Shown here in pieces: positions 62,861 to 64,000 of a stretch of DNA of 64,000 nt; the first letter of the stretch is position 1; each line of letters starts with the position of its first letter. Under the pieces are notes generated by a model. The model had not been told where the DNA came from. It saw nothing but the letters and a program-made list of their open reading frames with translations, and ran no database searches. The DNA is taken from the NCBI GenBank assembly GCA_029287235.1, contig JARFRM010000224.1, positions 10,452 to 74,451 of the forward strand. The letters are read 5' to 3'. The translations under genes were made by a program, and so were the position numbers. This DNA is from Thermoanaerobaculales bacterium. Its GTDB lineage: Bacteria; Acidobacteriota; Thermoanaerobaculia; Thermoanaerobaculales; Sulfomarinibacteraceae.

Positions 62861-64000
62861 ATGATAAGAATCGCCGTCGCGTTGACCATTGTCGCGCTTG
62901 TTCTGCCCGTCTACGCCGTCGCCGCGGAGGAGGGCGACGACACGGGAATGACCGCCAAGGCCTTCAAGGGCCTCGAGCTGCGCAATATCGGACCAGCCCT
63001 CATGTCGGGCCGCATCGCCGACATCGCCATCCACCCGACGGACCACAGCATCTGGTATGTCGCGGTGGGCTCGGGCGGCGTGTGGAAGACCGTCAACGCA
63101 GGCACCACCTGGGAGCCCATTTTCGATGACGAGTCGGTCTACTCCACAGGGTGTGTCGTCATTGACCCATCCAATCCACACACCGTGTGGGTCGGCACAG
63201 GTGAGAATGTCGGCGGCCGCCACGTGGGCTTTGGCGATGGCATCTATCGAAGCACCGATGGCGGTGCCAACTGGACCAACATGGGTCTCGGCGACACCCA
63301 ACACCTGTCCGAGATCATCATCCACCCCGAGGACTCGAATATCCTGTGGGTCGCTGCGCAGGGGCCGCTGTGGTCACCAGGCGGCGAACGCGGGCTTTTC
63401 AAGAGCACCGACGGCGGCGACACCTGGACCAATATCCTGTCCGCGGGCGAGTGGACCGGGGTCACCGATGTGGTCATGGATCCGCGCGATCCGGATGTCC
63501 TCTATGCCGCCACCTGGCAGCACCACCGGACCGTGGCCGCGGTGATGGACGGCGGACCCGAGACCGGGATCCACCGAAGCACCGATGGCGGCGAAAGCTG
63601 GACCGAGCTCACCGAGGGCCTGCCCAAGGGCAACATGGGCAAGATCGGTCTCGCCATCTCGCCGCAGAAACCGGATGTGGTCTATGCCGCCATCGAGCTC
63701 GACAACCGCACGGGCGGGGTTTGGCGATCGGCCGATCGCGGCGCCGCGTGGACCAAGCGATCCGATGCGGTGGCCGGCGCCACCGGTCCCCACTACTACC
63801 AGGAACTCGTGGCCAGCCCGCATGCTTTTGACCGGATCTATCTGATGGATGTCCGGATCCAGGTCTCCGATGACGGCGGCGCGACCTTCCGCCGGCTGAA
63901 GGAGGAGTCCAAGCACTCGGACAATCACGCCCTGGCCTTCCTGCCCGACGACCCCGACTATCTCCTCGCGGGCACCGACGGCGGGCTGTACGAGACTTTC
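62861..64000 (+). CDS. VPS10/BNR-repeat glycosyl hydrolase-like protein (runs off window end)
   Basis: Manual translation MIRIAVALTIVALVLPVYAVAA...RNIGPALMSGRIADIAIHP; repeated S-T-D-G-G-x-x-W Asp-boxes. Confidence 0.88.
   Translation, partial: MIRIAVALTIVALVLPVYAVAAEEGDDTGMTAKAFKGLELRNIGPALMSGRIADIAIHPTDHSIWYVAVGSGGVWKTVNAGTTWEPIFDDESVYSTGCVVIDPSNPHTVWVGTGENVGGRHVGFGDGIYRSTDGGANWTNMGLGDTQHLSEIIIHPEDSNILWVAAQGPLWSPGGERGLFKSTDGGDTWTNILSAGEWTGVTDVVMDPRDPDVLYAATWQHHRTVAAVMDGGPETGIHRSTDGGESWTELTEGLPKGNMGKIGLAISPQKPDVVYAAIELDNRTGGVWRSADRGAAWTKRSDAVAGATGPHYYQELVASPHAFDRIYLMDVRIQVSDDGGATFRRLKEESKHSDNHALAFLPDDPDYLLAGTDGGLYETF

Overview
High-GC bacterial chromosomal window. Its gene content (TPR Ser/Thr kinase, Thr-type sulfatase, VPS10/BNR hydrolase, carboxypeptidase-regulatory repeat protein) is typical of Acidobacteriota, possibly Thermoanaerobaculia; that placement is inference. 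About 46 genes; no rRNA, tRNA, CRISPR array or intact transposase was recognised. Layout: (1) 94-13455, a tailoring-rich surface-glycan-like cluster with 3 B12-binding radical SAM enzymes, 1 SPASM/twitch radical SAM, 4 SAM methyltransferases, 2 glycosyltransferases, a Wzx-like flippase and a nucleotidyltransferase-fold protein. (2) A kinase/class-III PLP fusion plus a dehydratase, an RND adaptor with two permeases, an M23 peptidase, tryptophanase, ada, mgtE, larBCE without larA, and an ArsC-like phosphatase. (3) A core-deleted B12-rSAM, a GT-C-like membrane protein, a sulfatase-like protein, a VWA + two-component operon, an orphan rSAM/SPASM, a secreted unknown, a kinase-TPR protein, a beta-barrel, an EAL-CZB fusion and a TerB-protease fusion. 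(4) A promoter-driven module of a small secreted two-Cys peptide, a beta-propeller and a large repeat protein. (5) STAS, a 5'-truncated mscS abutting a transporter remnant, nhaA and a partial VPS10 protein. Intergenic DNA repeatedly carries a degenerate 7-9-nt-period repeat, sometimes as hairpin doublets, one enclosing a perfect 40-bp palindrome. Best novelty candidates: the multi-rSAM methylation cluster, the peptide/propeller module, the intergenic repeat family and the EAL-CZB phosphodiesterase. All calls come from reading motifs by eye; no database searches were run.
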